NCBI RefSeq assembly: GCF_000284455.1
Contig: NC_017039.1
Coordinates: forward strand, 390,001 to 422,000
Source: Synechocystis sp. PCC 6803 substr. PCC-P
GTDB taxonomy: Bacteria > Cyanobacteriota > Cyanobacteriia > Cyanobacteriales > Microcystaceae
Length of the DNA: 32,000 nucleotides
Direction: 5' to 3'
The notes below the pieces were generated by a model. The model was not told the DNA's origin. It worked only from the letters and a program-made list of their open reading frames with translations, and did no database searches. The number at the start of each line of letters is the position of its first letter. Position 1 is the stretch's first letter. Positions 29,260 to 32,000 of the stretch are shown piece by piece. The position numbers and the translations under genes are program-made.

Positions 29260-30366
29260 ATGATGACTTGGTTGACCATTCCGTTTTTAATTCTGGGGTT
29301 AGGCATTTTAGTGGCGGGGGCAGAAATTTTAGTCAAAGGGGCTTCCCGCATTGCCTTGATGGCGGGGCTTTCTCCCTTAATTATTGGTTTAACCATTGTG
29401 GCCTACGGTACGAGTATGCCGGAAATGGTGGTTAGTCTCCAAGCGGCGATCGCCGGCCAGGCCGATATTTCCATTGGCAATGTGGTGGGCAGTAATATTT
29501 TCAATGTGTTGTTGATACTGGGGGTCTGTTCCATCATTACACCCCTTATTGTGGCCCAACAGTTAATTCGCTTAGATATTCCCATTTTGATTGGGGTCTC
29601 TGGACTGTTGCTAATGTTTGGTTGGGATGGGCAAATTAGTCGAGTTGATGGCGTAATTTTAGCCAGTGGAGCCATTCTCTACACAACTTTTCTGATCCGG
29701 CAAAGTAAAAAAGAAAATAACCCCGATGTCACCGAAGAATACCTCAAAGAATTTGGGGAACCTGTGCCTAAAACCGGCAAACAGATATTCATTCAAATTG
29801 CTTATGTTGTAGGGGGCGTTGCCCTGCTTGTGTTGGGGTCTAGCTTATTAGTGAAAAGCTCCGTGGCCATTGCCAAAAGCCTAGGCATCAGTGAATTAGT
29901 AATTGGTTTAACCCTAATTGCGGCGGGGACTTCTTTGCCAGAATTGGCCACTTCTGTAGTGGCTAGTTACCGGGGGGAGCGGGATATTGCGGTGGGTAAT
30001 GTGGTGGGCAGTAATATTTTTAATATTTTGGCCGTATTGGGTTTTGCCGCCATTTTTTCCCCCAACGGTATCCAGGTTTCTAACTCTGCTTTTAACTTTG
30101 ATATTCCTGTGATGTTTGCCGTTGCCCTAGTTTGTTTGCCTGTCTTTATTACCGGCAGATTAATTGACCGCTGGGAGGGCTTTTTATTCCTGTTCTATTA
30201 CATTGCCTACACTGCCTATTTGGTGCTTGATGCTACCCACAATCAGAATTTACATATATTTAATAATGTGATTCTTTTTGTGGTTATTCCCGCAACGGCG
30301 ATCGCCCTAGGACTATCCCTTATCCCCGATTTAGTGAGGGGGAAAAAAAACGATACCGGAATCTAA
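29260..30366 (+). CDS. Sodium/calcium exchanger (CaCA) family membrane protein
   Basis: The start MMTWLTIPFLILGLGILVAGAEILVKGA fits better than the 29065 ORF start. Duplicated alpha repeats: GLTIVAYGTSMPEMVVS..IGNVVGSNIFNVLLILG and GLTLIAAGTSLPELATS..AVGNVVGSNIFNILAVLG. Confidence 0.93.
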   Translation: MMTWLTIPFLILGLGILVAGAEILVKGASRIALMAGLSPLIIGLTIVAYGTSMPEMVVSLQAAIAGQADISIGNVVGSNIFNVLLILGVCSIITPLIVAQQLIRLDIPILIGVSGLLLMFGWDGQISRVDGVILASGAILYTTFLIRQSKKENNPDVTEEYLKEFGEPVPKTGKQIFIQIAYVVGGVALLVLGSSLLVKSSVAIAKSLGISELVIGLTLIAAGTSLPELATSVVASYRGERDIAVGNVVGSNIFNILAVLGFAAIFSPNGIQVSNSAFNFDIPVMFAVALVCLPVFITGRLIDRWEGFLFLFYYIAYTAYLVLDATHNQNLHIFNNVILFVVIPATAIALGLSLIPDLVRGKKNDTGI

Positions 30367-30594
30367 TTTCCACCAAAGCCCATTGGGCACCGGATAATTT
30401 GCCTTGACTGATATGCTCCCACCCGTTTAAACGATTGACAATCCAACGATTAAACCTTTGACCCTAGTAAGGGTTCTGTTTTGACCTTTCAGATAGACCA
30501 GGGGGAATGGGCAACACAGGGAACTTCAGGGGTAAAAACGTTAAGCTAAAACAGAACTGGGCACTCTGCCTGGGGTTGACTGTTTGGGAGCAAA

Positions 30595-31833
30595 TTGGTT
30601 GCCATGTTACGTCTCATCACCCAGTCCGGTGACATTGTTCAGGAGTTGCGACGTTTACATCATCGTCCCGTTCCTTCCCCCTGGCCGGTCATGGCCCAGG
30701 TGGTGGCGGCGATGGAGCATTGGGCTGCCATGGACCAGGATGCTCCCCCCAGAGTTAGTGGAGCGGAGTTGGATGCGGCTTATCAACGCATTAGCCAGGA
30801 AAAATTGTCGGTGATTCGCCAGGCTTGCGCTGCCCTGGAGCAGGTTTACCGCCCGCAACTGCCCAAGACCCAAGTAAGCTTTCCGGAAGATGGCACAGTG
30901 CGGGGACAAAGGTTTTATCCGGTCAGAAGAGCTGGTTTTTATCTAGAAGCAAAAAGGGGCGATGCCCTGGGCAATTTACTCCGCCAGGGGATGTTGGCCA
31001 AGACTGTGGGGGTGGCGGAACGGGTTTTGGTGACGGAAACCATTAGTTCGACTATTTTGGTGGCGGCCCAGGAAATGGGCATTGAAGAAATTTATCTGGC
31101 CGCTGGGGTGCCGGCGATCGCCATGCTGACCTGGGGAGCAAAAAATATTGCCCCGGTGGAGTCCATTACAGGGGCAGGCTGCCCAAGGGTGATGGCGGCT
31201 AAACAATTGGTGAGTGGTGTGGTAACCATTGACCAAACCCTGGCTAGGACAAATTTAATGGTGCTAGCGGACGGTGAAGCTAACGGACAATGGCTAGCCC
31301 TGGATTTGTTAGCCCATGCCGAACAATATCCCAATGCCAGCGCAGTGCTACTGACCGATCGCCTGGAGTTGGGGGAAGAGGTGATTCAATCAGTCAATCG
31401 CTATTGTCGGGAGCAGGAACATTCTGTACATACGGAAAAGGCTTTGGCCCATTACGGCCTAGTGGCGATCGTCGAAGACCTAGAGGCCTGTGGAAGTTGG
31501 ATCAATGAGTTTTGCCCCCATATTTTACTGTTAGCCATGGAAGACCCCTGGACCATGGTGGAGAAAGTTCAGCGAGCCAGGGAAATTTACATCGGCCACC
31601 GCAGTCCGAGCATTTTGGGTCATTACCTCAGTGGGGCCAACCGTCTGCAAACCCAGGATGGGGCCATGGCCACCGCTAGTGAATTGGCATTCCATTGTTT
31701 TCTGCGCTCCAGTCAATTACTCGACTACGGCAATAATCCACCGCCCCCTTGGTTAAAGGATTTGGTCAATTGGCAAGGCCTGACGGCGATCGAGGAACGC
31801 TTGGGGCAATTGGGTCGACTCAAGGAAAGTTAG
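30595..31833 (+). CDS. hisD: Histidinol dehydrogenase-like protein, divergent paralogue
   Basis: KTVGVAERVLVTETISSTILVAAQEMGIEEIYLAAGVPAIAMLTWGA..IAPVESITGAGCPRVMAAKQ and ADGEANGQWLALDLLAHAEQYPNASAVLLTD follow the HisD fold. Catalytic and metal ligands are replaced. Confidence 0.8.
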   Translation: MVAMLRLITQSGDIVQELRRLHHRPVPSPWPVMAQVVAAMEHWAAMDQDAPPRVSGAELDAAYQRISQEKLSVIRQACAALEQVYRPQLPKTQVSFPEDGTVRGQRFYPVRRAGFYLEAKRGDALGNLLRQGMLAKTVGVAERVLVTETISSTILVAAQEMGIEEIYLAAGVPAIAMLTWGAKNIAPVESITGAGCPRVMAAKQLVSGVVTIDQTLARTNLMVLADGEANGQWLALDLLAHAEQYPNASAVLLTDRLELGEEVIQSVNRYCREQEHSVHTEKALAHYGLVAIVEDLEACGSWINEFCPHILLLAMEDPWTMVEKVQRAREIYIGHRSPSILGHYLSGANRLQTQDGAMATASELAFHCFLRSSQLLDYGNNPPPPWLKDLVNWQGLTAIEERLGQLGRLKES

Positions 31834-31840
31834 AAAAGTA

Positions 31841-32000
31841 TAGTAGTTTCAAATAAGGCTGAGACGCTAAACGCCACAGTAAGAACGGATAATTTCATCA
31901 AGAGACGTGTCAATAGGAGCGTACATTCTAGCTCGTTTCAAGGCACTAAAGTCATGCTCAATATCATTTAAATCAGGAGAATATTTCGGCAAAAAAAGAA
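31841..32000 (-). mobile_element. End of an IS630/Tc1-mariner-like insertion sequence, truncated by the window edge
   Basis: Transposase C-terminus (next feature), with candidate element end around TAGTAGTTTCAAATAAGGCTGAGACGC directly downstream of the HisD-like stop codon. The exact end cannot be confirmed without the other terminus. Confidence 0.7.
31867..32000 (-). CDS. IS630/Tc1-mariner-like transposase, C-terminal fragment (window-truncated)
   Basis: Reverse-complement translation ending at TAG 31869..31867: ...FLPKYSPDLNDIEHDFSALKRARMYAPIDTSLDEIIRSYCGV*. Contains the DDE_3 YSPDLNxIE signature. Confidence 0.85.
   Translation of the reverse strand, partial: LFLPKYSPDLNDIEHDFSALKRARMYAPIDTSLDEIIRSYCGV

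Overview
This 32 kb window is cyanobacterial chromosomal DNA. The gene content and roughly 30 copies of the HIP1 octamer GCGATCGC suggest Synechocystis sp. PCC 6803 or a close relative; that identification is by recognition, not by search. From left to right it contains: a partial FAD oxidoreductase, a UPF0367-like protein, a bestrophin-like channel, a divergent SucC-like ligase subunit, a TerC-family protein, a large flotillin-like protein, a GT2 glycosyltransferase, Obg, a 57-aa HliD-like protein missed by the ORF track, glyoxalase II, a dihydroorotase-like protein without its metal ligands, an Amt transporter, a receiver-histidine kinase hybrid, and a double-UspA protein. Next come two very large, probably secreted minus-strand proteins: a 1885-aa multidomain extracellular nuclease and a 1409-aa choice-of-anchor/5'-nucleotidase-like phosphatase. 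They are followed by cysC, an ExbB/ExbD pair, RsmB/Sun, a TerB-like protein, a CaCA exchanger, a degenerate HisD paralogue, and the end of an IS630/Tc1-like transposase. The most interesting signals are: (1) a gap-free ~645 bp near-identical direct repeat encoding the same Trp-rich C-terminal module in the nuclease and phosphatase genes; (2) a Pho-box-like array with 11-bp periodicity upstream of the phosphatase gene; (3) several enzyme-family proteins whose catalytic or metal-binding residues are replaced (PyrC-like, HisD-like, SucC-like, phosphatase). I found no CRISPR array, tRNA or rRNA, prophage or recognisable defence island, and no convincing wholly new system.
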